Assembly: GCA_965649765.1 (NCBI GenBank)
Contig: OZ287752.1
Location: 42,966,001-43,030,000, forward strand
DNA from: Bispira polyomma
Taxonomy: Eukaryota
Length of the DNA stretch: 64,000 bases
Direction of reading: 5' to 3'
Part shown: positions 50,604-64,000 of the stretch, in pieces
Position numbering within the stretch: the first letter of the stretch is position 1
How the letters are laid out: each line of letters starts with the position of its first letter
Translations under genes and position numbers: made by a program
The notes under the pieces: model-generated
What the model saw: the letters and a program-made list of their open reading frames with translations, nothing else
What the model was told of the DNA's origin: nothing
Databases searched by the model: none

Positions 50604-53600
50604 GTTTTCAATAATAATTTTTTTATTCCAGAAAATACATGACACAGAGTAGACTAATGTGATATCATTTTCCCAGTTGTTACCTAATTTGAATGGCCAC
50701 ACTAATGGTTAAAGCAGTATTACTTTATATAAGTAGACGTAGATTTAGAGTAGATAATTCTTCCATATTGATCTTTCTTTGTATATGCATTGTTATTTCC
50801 AATTTTGTTCAATAATATATATATATATATATATACTAATCATTATTGTTTCTGTTCATAGATATACCAATGTTTTACTAAAAACTAGTTCAAGGTATCA
50901 AGGTGTAAAAATAGTATCGATTATTTAGGAAGGAAAGAATAAAAGTAGGTTTAAAATCCTAACGTCTTGTATGCAGACGCTTGACTTAAGCTAGTGGTAT
51001 GAGTGCATGTTACTGTTGGTTTACATATTTCATAGGCAGATCTATCGAAAAGAATTGATGCAAATATAAAGATATGCCATTATCCAAGGATTTACTTGTA
51101 CATCCCGAAGGTCCCAAATGTGTCTTCTGACATAGTAATGTAATGGTTACCGTTGGGTCATTTGGTTTTACATCTACTCATTAAATTATACCAGATCATT
51201 ACAGTGATTGCATTCATTGGTTACTTATTCTATTATACAACTCTTTACATCAGTGACAATCTCTATTCATTTTCATTGGGATGAACCTTCCCATATCTTT
51301 GCTTCCCCTAAGGATAGATCAATTCATGTATTGTCACCTAGTACCATCTTTTTAATCACACAATACAATAACAGTACAAGAGAAAGTTACAAACCAGCCA
51401 GCCAATAATGACCTATGATACAGTTAATATAAATGGTTACATAACAATCTTATATAAATACATGACTTGAGTGTGTGCAAAGTAAATATAGTAGTTAAAT
51501 TTCAAAAAATTAATAGTAAACTGTTTAGGTTACACAGTGAGTCAAATATTATTTAGTAAAGGAAATCTATGTTATGTATAACTGATTGGTGATAATTGAG
51601 AATTTGTGTATTTAAATCAGCGTAACAACATACAAATACTAATTTTAGTAACTATTTCATTGGGTGTTATATTTAACATGACAAATACTTTACCATTATT
51701 ATACACTAATCTCCATGATATTTGTGTATTTTATATAATTTCAAATCTGTGGTCATTTTATTTTTATGGATACTACTTTGCAAAAGAGTACTGCATTCAT
51801 ATGAAACGAACTACTTCAATATAGATATATACAAAACAAAACCCCGACATTTGAGGGTATGGTACGTACCCCCCATCACCCGTCTCACTTATATAGTATA
51901 ATGATATTTATATTGTCAAAATAGCACATGTTACAAATATATCAGCTGATAGGAACCCTGTGTATTAAGTTCAAACTGGCCATTTCTACAACCGGGGTAT
52001 ATCTGTCAATACCTTAAAGTAACCAATGTCAGTTAATTGACTGTTCTTATGTTAATATTACATAAAGTAGTGCTCTACTTTCACTAAATGTGTAATCCCT
52101 GGCAGATTTAAGGGGTTTTAGTCATTAGTACACAATTAAATAGGAGCTAATCCCCAAGACATACAGGCCAAGCCTACACTAGCAGTTACTACAGAAGACA
52201 GCAGTCATCATTAAGGGTGTAAGGTCCCTTCATAAGCTGGGTATATTACCATTATTCTAAGCCTGCAATTTACACCCCGATGTGACATAATCCCGAACCC
52301 TAAACTAACAATAATCATGTATTTGGATGTGGGGGTTAAGTACATGCTAATGTGTCCCACTCCCCTCCACACAGGCAGGGCTCTAAGTCAACATAGGCAA
52401 AGGGCTCACGCCAAACACCAATCACTAGTGAGAAGAGGCGAGGAGAAGGTTAATAATTCTGACAAAGCATCCCTTTAACGTTATCAGCAAGGGGCCCTTT
52501 AACGAGAATAGAGTAGTCCTGTGGGACAAGTGATGCTACTTAAAAGAGCAATAATACGCCACTGAAAGCTCTTTAATTAAGACGCACGTCACCTTGTTAA
52601 CCCTTAACATTAGATGACTATCCATTATCACCCGCCACAAGAGCCAGGAGACTTATTCCATTAAGCTAAGACATTTAATCGAAAGTCATCTGCATAGAGT
52701 GTGAGCACTGTGCCTCGTGCCTCGGCCAATCGGAACACTCCACACAGATAGAGCCTCGTTCTGCAGCCACAGCACTACACAAGTGTGACGCTGGTCAATT
52801 ATTCAACAGCTCCACAGCTTCTCAGTTATTGGGCCACATTGGCTTTTTAATGATATTTCTTTTGACTGAAGATATTTTTCTCAAGACGTTGATCCCCCCA
52901 TCCCCTGGGTAAAGAAGCAAGCATATGTATATGTTTACACAGAGGTAACCTAATATTAACAATGTTTCCATGAGTGGTGTGTCATTTACTGATACCCTGG
53001 AAGTGCAAGTCACCGTAAGGACACAAGTAACTGATGTAGTCTTGGTATTCTTTGCCAATCAAAGTACCAACCTAATAAGACTTGTCAGTAATGGAAATAA
53101 TACTCAGATCAATGCACCCTAAAAGCTGTAGAAATTACCCATCTCTTTACTACAAACATCACAGGTTTCCCCGTAATTGTAAGGTGTTCTAAATACAGTG
53201 AGATACGGCCAAAAATACACTTATCAAAGGTCAAACAATTTCTGAAAATACAATTTTTTTTCTCATTGTGAGGGAAAACTTCTAAGAATTAAGTTTAATC
53301 ATACAGCTGAATATAGTTTATATTATATAAAAAAAAATTCTGCATACACTGTTCTTACAGAATGATGCAATTCCATGTCAAAGATTCAAACTGCTTGAGA
53401 TTAAAGAGAATCATTGATTGTGTTTTCCATGTATAATCTGAGGGATGGCACAATATTTTATTTAAGGCAGAACCATGACTGGTTTCCATAATGTACACTT
53501 ATTTGCAGTAACCCAGAACTTAATAGCAATGTCTTCTGTTTGACCGAAGAACTGAGTATGAGTATATCTTACGTCAAACAAAGAAGGAAACACCATAGAC

Positions 53601-53799
53601 ACAGGCACGGAATGTCAAGATTATCCGCGATTGCTAGTCTATGACTAATCATGAAAACATATTCTAAAATTGGAATATCAACAAATTTGTGCAGTTGTAG
53701 AAAAGTGGGGTTAAAGCAATTCAATGTCTTAACGCGAACTGACTGAGACATTTGAAAACTATTATCTCAGACTGCATCAAATTCGGTTGTAGTGGTTTA

Positions 53800-55319
53800 A
53801 TATATTCATATAGTTTATTCGTACTCAAAGTACATTTTTTTTAATAATATACAGACATGATAGGAACAAACAAAAAAACAAAACAAACAAAAAAAAACAA
53901 CACATACTATGTACATAATAAAGAATACTACATGTTATATAGTACTGTACATACGTATTTTAATATCTCATTTATTTCCTGATGGGTTAAAAAAGTATTT
54001 CCATCCTCCCTCAGACTTAATAGGTCCTGTATAATATTTATATGTACAACATCATCAACACTAAGCTTTTCATTCTCACAACAGAGGTTTTCATTATAAT
54101 TAGAGTAATCACTTTGCATGCCATACTTGTGTTTCATAAATACATAACTGTTGCAAACATCAGAACACCTACCACTTTTTGCTAAATTGGAACATAAATT
54201 AATCAAACTATTCTCACTACACATTGCATCACTGAAAAAATTAACAAACCTTTTATGTAACTGGATTTCTTCAGTTATGTCATTTACAATATAAGGTAAA
54301 AACCTACAGTGTGTATTATGAGGTATATGTAATAACCTCCTTATACATTTACGCCATGTTACATAAAATCTGCTTACATCATTACCAGAAAAGTCCCACA
54401 AACAACAGCCATACAATGGCATACAGTATGCTTTTAATAATTTGCATTTTATCTCAGTATTAGACATATGAAAATAAGACATTATTATATTTACATTTGC
54501 TACAAATTCATTTATATTTTTCTGAATATTATCTTTTTCTGTATTATTCCCAATAAGATTGCCCAGGTGGCTTGCATTGTTCTCACAATATATTTTATGA
54601 GTGTTAAACAATACATATTCATTGTTCTCATTATTTCTCGAAGAACCGAATCTCACAAGTTTAGTTTTGCTAGGGTTGAACTTTACATGATATTCCTTAC
54701 CAAAAGCATGTACAATTTGTAACAGTAACTTAGTTGATGTTAAGGTTGGAGCTAAAATTGTCACAGCATCTACATATACCAATGCTCCACAGAATGTATT
54801 GCCTATCCAACAGCCATAACCTGACTTTATTAACATTTGAAGAAGCTCAGCAAAGTAAACTGTAAATAATATAGGTGACAATATCCCTCCTTGTTTCACA
54901 CCATTTTTAACACCAAATTAAGATGAATAACAGTTTTCCCACTTGACTTGTAAGTTTTGTTGAGTGTATAACATAATTAAAAATCTAGCTGTCACAGGAC
55001 ATACCCCTCTCTTAAAGAGGACATTGAAAAGTTTAACATATTGTACACGATCAAATGCTTGTGTTGCATCAAGTAGAAGGCAATATACTTTACTATTATT
55101 GTTACCATAATACTGCACAATTTCTTTTAGAACAAAAGTACACTTAACTGTAGAATGTTTACTTTTAAAACCAAATTGTAAATCACATGGGTTTAGAACA
55201 TTACTGTTTTGAGAAAGTATTACATTATCAATCATTTTACCCAATATGCTACTCAAGGTTATCGCTCTAAAGTTGTTATATTCATTACAAGATTTACGCT
55301 TGTTCTTAATTATTGGAGT
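53800..55319 (-). mobile_element. 5'-truncated non-LTR retrotransposon (RTEX-like), RT domain to 3' end
   Basis: One frame 55319-53928 with a single in-frame TAA (54918-54920): NFRAITLSS, QFGFK, LLDATQAFDRV, GVKQGGILSPILF, YVDA in place of YADD, FNPSKT, YCMPLYG. The 3' end reads GAGTACGAATAAACT. Confidence 0.88.
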
Positions 55320-57959
55320 ATACATCTCTACTGCACTCTTGCAGGGCAGATGCACTAATAAAGATTAAATAATGGAAGGCTAAAGACAAATGCACTGCTA
55401 ATCACTCGGTCATGTTAAGCTGACAGAGAGTGGTCACTAAATCATATTCCAATATCAGAACCCGGTAAACAATAAATAAATGGAGTAGTTATTGACTTAG
55501 TTTGCTGTATAAACGACTACAAGTAGTGTTCACTTCCCATTATATTATACATATGAGATGCTTCCACCAAGAGTCAAACCACACGGATAGACACACACCT
55601 CACTGATAGTTTACAATGACCCTAACATCACTACAAAAATCTCCAGGAACAGGTGTACAATATGGAACACAAACAGTTTGATATATGGATCGGTGGCGTT
55701 TTTACCAACCGTGTAACATATCAGGACCAAAGTGGAATCATCTTGTCATGTAGCAAAATGTCCCAAACATGCAGGCAAGCTCGTGTGACACATGCCATAA
55801 CTGTTGTACTTCAAAGTTGTACTTTCATGTTCTATATCACTACACCAACTCCATGCTGTTATTACTGAAAACTGATACAGCCAATTAAACAGTAACACAT
55901 GGATAAAAAGAGGAGAATCAAATCTATGAACACATCACACACGTGGATTTATTAGAAAAACAGGCTTAATAAATCCTACTGGCTTCCCGTTTTCGGCATC
56001 ATCATAATTGGTTATTGGCAAAACAGTAATAGTTTTATTGCCTTTCCACAGGAAATGTTCTGTTATTTATCTAAATTGTGCAAATTATAGTTACAATTTC
56101 AGGATGGTTATTTTTGAATATTTGGCTGCAAAATGATACAGTTTATTTGTCGCAAAGTCAAGGCTAGATGTAAATGAGATATTTCAAAGATTAAGGTATG
56201 AAGGTGAAAAACTGACATCTTATTTGTTTTATATGTTTCACAAATTTATTAAATTTCTGCATATTTCTAGACTGCAATAAATTGATGAAAGTTTTTCTCG
56301 GGTTTTAAATTTGATATCAGTGATAAGGTTTTTACATTGTTTTAGAATGGCTATTGGTAAGGACATTGTTTCAATGACAAGGTGCTGTGGCATTAAATGA
56401 TTTGGAACCTGCTAGTTTTGTTTGGTAAAAGAGACAATTCCTCTGGTGAGATTGCTGAGAGATATTGTGGCGTGACAAGTAAGCTTGTTGTTAAATGTGA
56501 AACACCTTAAAAGTGAGAACATTTGATAAAAATTTTAATATGGAACTTAATTAATTGGTACCCAATGTAGAAGATGGGCCATATAAGAACGTGCACCAGC
56601 GTGGGTCTACAACAAACTACCACCTGGGAATATTGGAGTCAAACTTTAGTTACATTGATATTGTTACATGGAACTTATCATAACATGGAAATTAGATCAG
56701 CAATCATACTTCTTGACATGGTCGAGGAAAATAGAGGCACGGAAGCAGAATATATTGTTAACCAAGTGAAGTTTATCGATTAGATACGTCTATAAGTAGT
56801 GATTTGTACTGATATATGATATGATATATTTTATTTTTTATAGTGACATGTACAATAACAACAAAGACAAAAGCAAAAAAAAAACACTTTTTTTCCCAGC
56901 CCCAATGGGCTTTTATTTCACATAAGTTACATAATAAATAATACATGTAATTGCTGTCATTACCGCAAGTATTTTGACAAACATAAAAAATATTATTGAT
57001 ATATTTTTTATTTAGCGCCATTTGACTTTTTGTCTTATACCCCAAATGGTTTGTCCAATTTTATTTAAATTGTTTTGATATCAACAGGTGACTCTGTAAA
57101 AATTTGTTATCTGTATTTTATACATGAAACACATTTTTTGCATCCCAAAACCAACCGGATACCGTGCTTTAAAAATCCAATAAGAATACCCTTTTAGTTA
57201 AATGATTTCCTCCATTTTTAAGCCTGTTCGGAAATTGGAAAAATACTTGAATACCTACTATAATTACAGGGTAGTTAAAGTATTTTCTTACATCAATGGA
57301 TATATATATAAACAAATGAAGCATTTCAAATGTTTGATGCGATAGTTACATACAATTAGAAAATCACATATTGTGCTGTTTTGGTGAACCCATTCAGCCA
57401 AGATCGTCAAATTCCCCATATAAATAAAAAAAAAACCAGTAGAGAAACTTAACTGCAACATAATACTGTTCTGATTGATGTATTCTATGCTAAGTGATGC
57501 TGCAATTTACAGTTGTAAACGTCAAAGATATACATTGTTCCTAATAGTATATAACCTCCCCTCCCCCCCCCTCCCCCCCTCTCCCACCGCCCTTAAAATT
57601 CAGAAAAATTGGAGTCACATTATTTTTACCTGATGATACCAACTTAAACTGCTTACACAAAGCACTTGGTTGTTTTGTTAACATGAAGCTGCATAGTTTT
57701 CCTCATTGTTAGCTGTTTATTACAGTTGGTCTATAATTTGAGGAATTGTTACAATTTATTTGAGGATTGCCTATCAAACCAAGAAAGATAAAAGGAGGAT
57801 CAACAAAAGTAATAATAAATATTAGTAACTGGAATAAGTTAAAAATTAGTTAAACATATAGAGACAGACATATATCAACTGGTGGTGTTCAGTAAAAGTA
57901 GTATCAGAGATGATATATCTGGTATAACTCATAATGGTATATTTATTAAAGCTGTTAGA

Positions 57960-58760
57960 AGTGTTTCTCATTTAGTGTTGCAAATTAGCTCTGAGAATAA
58001 AAATGAAATGGTTAAAGTGGCTAAGGATAAATTTACTGTAGCAACAAACTGTATAAATTCTATATTCTCAAAGGCCCATTCATTTGTCAGGTTTAAATTG
58101 TTCAAAAGATATTGTATGTCACTATATGGATGTTTTTTGTGGGATTATAATAATTAGAGGATTATCACAATAGCCTGGAGGAAGTCTGTCAGGCTAATAT
58201 GGAGATTACCTCCACGTACCCACAACAGGTACCTTAGTTCTATATGTGATGACCAAGAGTTGTACATGCAGATGTATAAGAGATTTTTAAAGTTTTTTTA
58301 GAGTTGTATTTCTAGTACTAACTATGTCATCTCTACTTGTGCTAAGTTGGTTTTGTCAGGGAATAGTTCTAATGTAAGCAATAATATAAATAGTATGTCA
58401 AAAATAGTCAATATTGGTAAAGATAAACTTGTTGAGACTTTCAGTAACCAGATTTTAAGACCTTTAAAAATGATATGAATGAGACAAATGAATGTCATAA
58501 TATAGAAAATATTAAGGACTTACTGTATCTAAGGGATAACAACACTACAAGATTTACAAGGTATGAAATAAATTTTGTGCTAAAATATCTATGTGAAGAT
58601 CAATTATGAATAGAATTGTACATTTAAAGTTACCTCCTCTTTTCTATATATACTTACGGTGCTGTTATAATTAGTTAGTCTGTTTTATTGTCTGTTTGTC
58701 ATATATGTATTTACTATGTACTACGAGTACGAAAATAAAATAAACTAATAAACTACTATT
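57960..58760 (+). mobile_element. Second, more decayed fragment of the same LINE clade (ORF C-terminus and 3' end)
   Basis: FKLFKRYCMSLYGCFLWDY, AWRKSVRLIWRLPPRTHNRYL and KRFLKF parallel the 53928-54899 protein; 3' end GAGTACGAAAATAAAATAAACT. Confidence 0.8.
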
Positions 58761-61700
58761 ATAATTAAAGTCTGGAATATTTGATGTTGGGAATGGTTTG
58801 AGTTATAGAAAGAATCAATATTATTACTAATATAATACCAATATTACCAATATATAATCTATACATTATTATATAGATTATAGCCTGAAATAAGTAAACA
58901 TGACTATAACACAAAGTTATTATTATATGCACAAATATTTGCAATGTTTAACACATATATCTATTGCATATTTTTATATATGTATTCACAAAATGGGCAC
59001 AAAAATATTTTATCAGGCTCAACAAGATCTGATGAATGCCAAAACGTGAGATGGCTCCAACGTATGCAAAGACATGCAGCCTAATTGATAATGGGTAGCG
59101 TTTCATGGCTTCTATTGGGTAGATTCTTGCAGTTCCAGACACACAGCAGATATCATTATCATCTGACTCATCCTGATCTGTAGAATTGGCACTGTTCTCA
59201 ACTAAAATACTATAACACCACTGTTATTGTCAGGTCTTTATTGGTTTTTTCCTTTCTGAATATACACAAGTAAACATAAAAAGTTCATCTGATTTGATGT
59301 TCTTAATCTTTGTGGTGAAACAGAATATCTGTCATTTTAACAGTAATGTGGTCCGATTACAGTCGGAGTAAAAATGTTACATACATTTTACAAATAGTTT
59401 CATGTACAAGATTTTACGATATAATTGTATTTTTGTGCAGAAATAAGACACAATTTAGTAAAATTTGCACGAAAAACAACAAAGAAAATTAAAGGTAATA
59501 GTTAGTTTTTGGGGCTAATCCAGATGGAATGATTGATTTCTGATTTTTTAATTGGGCTTCAATGCAAGTCAGTCAGTGGTTATTACTATGACATTAAGAC
59601 AAGAACAGTGGCAAGACATGATCTTGACAATAACTGGCTAACATCGCTATACATTTATATCAAGTGTTTGTTTGTTTCAATGTTTTATAGTGTCATTCAG
59701 ATTGAGATTGATCCTCATATACTTATTCTTTATTTTAACAAAACTGTTTGAGAGGTAAGTTCTGATGTTGCCGAATGAAGACAAATGTTGAAAGAAATGA
59801 GATAAATCTTCGCTAAACTGTTCTACAGTGGCATATATAGACTGGCCAGAACCCTTTGTAATGTAGACCATCACTTAATGAACACAGCTAATGCAATGCG
59901 GCCTTTCCTTGCTTGGGTTTTCATGTACAGGCAGTCAGGTATACAATGGCAGTCATTTGGTTCTATCTCCAGTTCCAGGCTAAAGAACCTTGTTAGTGTT
60001 TATCAATGGTCTTGTCATGCTCTGCCTGTAGTCATTCGCTGTTGTATTCTGGACTTTTTCTGCACTGTCACTCACGATCCTAATATACACTTGGTGGAGG
60101 ATGTAAACAGTGGTATCTGGTCACATATATACAAATTGTATAATGACCTAATGGAGGAACTTCCTGTAATACCTAGGTCTCATTTATATGGATCGCTGCT
60201 CCAAATGTATCACAAAATCGGTGACGAAATGTCGCCCTATGTGTCAGAACGTTTTAAAATGTTTTAGAAACGTTTTGATAAGTGAGTATCCGCACAAAAG
60301 TTTTATACTATTAAAAAATATTGCCTTGGATCTGCCATTTTCCCAAGGTTTTAGTTCAAAACATGAAATACTTTGATATCGGTAGAGTGAATTCCAATCA
60401 CACAAAATAATACATGTTATAACCAAAAATAGATTTTAATGCAAAACTGTCATATTGATTATTTTTTTTGCTTATTGAGACCAAAGAGATTTCCCCTTGA
60501 TTCATGAGATCCATGTTGTACAGGTTACAATTACATGTATCACCAATAGTTATACTTGTTAATGTTGTCTGCCAGTAAGTGAAATGAATAGCTTGTTGCC
60601 TGTATTATCTAGACTGTCATTATCTTCTCAGATGACTTTCTCAGGAAGATAATTGTTTGTCTCCCTCTCTCTGTGAATCTGACTGGACCCAAGCTGTGTA
60701 CCTAGAGAAGGGAGGGATAGGGGAAATGAGGTAGAGGCTGGTTGGCCTTATGTAATCAATGACACAAGTAGCACCAGTGATTGTTACAAATCTAAAGCCT
60801 TCCTTATTTGATGCCATTAGAATTAATGAGGAGCTCTCAAAGAGCAAGGAAGTGGCCGGGATAAAGCAATTTTATGCAGCCGGTGTGCGGAGATGGAGAA
60901 ATTCAAGAAAACTTTTGAGGCGTTTTCCGCCATTTAGGAAATGAAGACAGATAGAGCAAGAGAAATTGGCCAGAAGCATGTTTTCCTGGAGATAATGATG
61001 AAACATAGCAGGGGCTGAGGGAAGGAGTCAGTGATTACTACTCACTGCAATTAGCATACAATTACCCACGTGACACCAGATGATACCCAACAGAAAGCAG
61101 ATCTACAGCTCTCCAACTCACCTTTTAGATGTGTGTTTTCTCAAGGTGAAAATGAGCATTAGCTCAAAATCCCACCTTTTAATTATTGTCACAAAAAGTG
61201 GGTTGACAGATATACTATTACAAATATCAGACTATCTTTGAATTTATTAGGGTAACTTTAAATTTGAATAAAATGAGGGCCAAGTAAATTGTAGATAAAA
61301 GTTAACATACTTAGGTTTCACCAGAAGGTCCCCAGTATGAGTGATTCGGGTATTGAGTGATTTGGGTAAGGCTGGGTGGCCAACCACTGGGGGTGTGGTT
61401 ATCTGACCCCCACCCCCTCCCCTAGCCCACTACTGACACTAAGCCCTTGGCTTATTCACGAATACGCCACATGGTGATTAAATTCAATCTGTAATCGCAG
61501 GAAATCATCCAATTTAAAATCTGAAACCTAGTTTAATAATTAAATGTAATGCACGGGCCCAGCAATTCTTGGCTCGTATTTGACCCCAGATCTGTTATTG
61601 TGTGCCGTGCTCGTGAAGCAGATCTCTAATTATGACACCACTGCATATCACTCCATTTCATTTCATTGGCAGAAATACTGTCTTGTTGTTAACGTGAGAA

Positions 61701-62959
61701 GTCTAACAATTACACGGTTTGTAAGAGAATATTAAATGTGATCTATTTACAAAAAAAATCTCTCCATTAATGCTAGCCTGAAGTTTTCAATTAATTAAAT
61801 ATGTGGATTACATGGCGGCTCCTGTAAAAGCCATTATTGCAGGAGCTCTAACCTTTTGTGTAATACCTTTTTTTTACCGAAATTTTAATTTGTGATGGTT
61901 ATTCGTGGTCATTTATAACATAAGTGCTGATATTTAGACTGTATAAAATGCCTTAATAGACTCAATAAGAACTATTAGATTCTGTGAAACCGGGAAGGCA
62001 CGAATATTGGATAAAATTCAATTTTAACAGCAAATGTTTTAAAGCCTCTCTAATGCAACCGTTTTAACAAAGGAATACATCTGATGTGACAATTAGTTTA
62101 TCACAGTGTAGAGAAAAACATGTGATTAGATTCTGGAAATGGAATCTCATCCAGTTGTTCTGTGGCACTATGCCATTGTAGCCACTTTCTGCTATGTAAT
62201 TGAAAGATAATGTGCACAGATTTTCAGTTTATGTTGTCTTTGTCAAACTTGTGGCTCTTCTGTAAGCATTGCATTTCTTAGTTCCTTAGTCTTGTAGTAG
62301 AGAAAACCGGTGTTTACATTGTACCGAAACAAAAGATGAAAGTTGGAGTTATTTATGTTCGTAATTTGCAGAATGGTTACCGAATATGACAAAAATATTA
62401 AAATGTTTGCCTGGTAGATTTTGCACGCAAGCTGAAGACACACTGCACTGCATTATGTGATAATGACAGGGTTTATTATATACTATAAATCTTTACCTGA
62501 AACCAAGTTTGTACAAAAACAATGATAAACTGGCCAAAAGTAGAAAACAGTCCATTTGGGAGGGATGGGGGAAGTATGTAGTTCCCCTCACAGGAAGTTT
62601 GCTTACACAATGAGATTAACATTAGTCTATCTTACTCCATCCAATTTATTAGACCATTCTTAAAAGCCATCCGTTTTCCTGCATTGTTGCTGCAACTAAA
62701 TAATTCTCAACTTTTTATGTTTTAAAAGTATGAGTTTGAGATATTACCATTAAAAATAGTTGTTTCTCATGATAATCACGAAAAGCCAAAGTTCTATAAA
62801 AACATTAATATGACATATACATAAGGCCAGATTTATGACATAAACTGGGTCATCACCTTTATCCAACATTTGCAGTTAACCTTCCATTGAGTTGTGCATA
62901 CTTTGCCTATAACCTACACTAGCAAAACCTTAATGAGTTTTTTGTTTTACAAAAGACTT

Positions 62960-63830
62960 AGTAATGAAGACAGTGCTTATGGATAACCGGCGATACTTTC
63001 ACGAAAACAGTGCTTATGGGTAACCCAATGATACTCTCACTGAGTAATGAAACTGTGTTTATGTGTAATACAGTGATACTATCACTGAATAATGAAACAG
63101 GGTTTATGAGTAACAGGGTTTTACAGTAATACCATAACTATGTAATAAAAACAGTGCTTATGGGTGACCCAGTAATAATATCACTATGTAATGAAAACAG
63201 TGCTTATGGGTGACCCAATGATACTCTGACTAAGTAATGAAAACAGTGCTTATGGGTGACCCAGTGATACTCTGACTAAGTAATGACAACAGTGCTTATG
63301 GGTGACCCAGTGATACAATCACTAAGTAATGAAAACAGTGCTTATGGGTGACCCAGTGATACTCTGACTAAGTAATGACAACAGTGCTTAAGGGTGAAAC
63401 AGTGATACTATCATCAAGTAATGAAAACAGTACTTATAAGTAACCTAGTGATACACTCACTAAGTAATGAAAACAGTGGTACTGGGTGACCCAGTGATAC
63501 CCTGACTAAGTAATGACAACAGTGCTTATGGGTGACCTAGTAATACTCTCACTAAGTAATGAAAACAGTACTTATTGGTAACCAGTGATACTATCACCAA
63601 GTGATGAAAACAGTGCTTATAAGTAACCCAGTGATACCCTCACTAAGTAATGAAAACAGTACTTATTAGTAACCCAATGATATTATCACCAAGTGATGAA
63701 AACAGTGATTATGGGTGATCTAGTGATATTCCCACTAAGTAATGAAAGCAGTGCTTATTGGTAACCCAGTGATACTATCACCAAGTGATGAAAACAGTGC
63801 TTATAGGTTACCCAGTGATACTTTTACTAA
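62960..63830. repeat. Minisatellite, 46-bp unit, ~19 copies
   Basis: GTAATGAAAACAGTGCTTATGGGTGACCCAGTGATACTCTCACTAA with internal inverted repeat TGGGT-G-ACCCA. Confidence 0.92.
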
Positions 63831-64000
63831 GACTGTTTATATGACCCCCATATTCATACACTGGGACTTGGTCATGAAGTGCAATGATACCAATAACTGC
63901 TTTATTTAACATTTAATGGTTTGTGGACTGGCCATATTTGTATGTAAACATTGATTTGTAATATATAAACTTTCCACAAAAACTTGCATAGTACAATAAT

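Noticed and set aside
59760-60100. Possible LINE ORF1 remnant on the minus strand (PSKERPHCI..., EQFSEDLS)
   Set aside because: Resemblance too weak and frame-broken to support without a profile search.
62960-63830. CRISPR-like array (regular repeats with palindromic core)
   Set aside because: Head-to-tail units with no unique spacers, no cas genes, eukaryotic context.

Overview
AT-rich animal (probably invertebrate) genomic DNA. It holds one intact protein-coding gene, a two-exon Hmx/NK5 homeobox gene on the + strand (CDS 37332-37857 joined to 38324-39051, 417 aa), with a GC-box/CCAAT/TATA promoter and a polyA signal. No other intact host gene is recognisable in the ~37 kb upstream or ~25 kb downstream. 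The flanks hold GC-richer, motif-dense islands (candidate enhancers) and many decayed mobile elements: four L2-like LINE 3' fragments, two RTEX-like RT fragments, a DIRS tyrosine-recombinase retrotransposon remnant, three tRNA-derived SINEs with different central domains, several MITEs and about ten minisatellites. The most unexpected structure is a ~3.7 kb PIF/Harbinger-type element (17466-21163), not evident from the ORF track. It carries a spliced, disabled MADF (Myb/SANT-like) gene in which a 21-bp unit has expanded ~48 times in frame, giving an (EEAIQYQ)n heptad array fused to the domain. A ~470-bp MITE of the same family at 46.4 kb helps fix its ends. All family assignments come from manual reading and recalled consensus motifs, not database searches.
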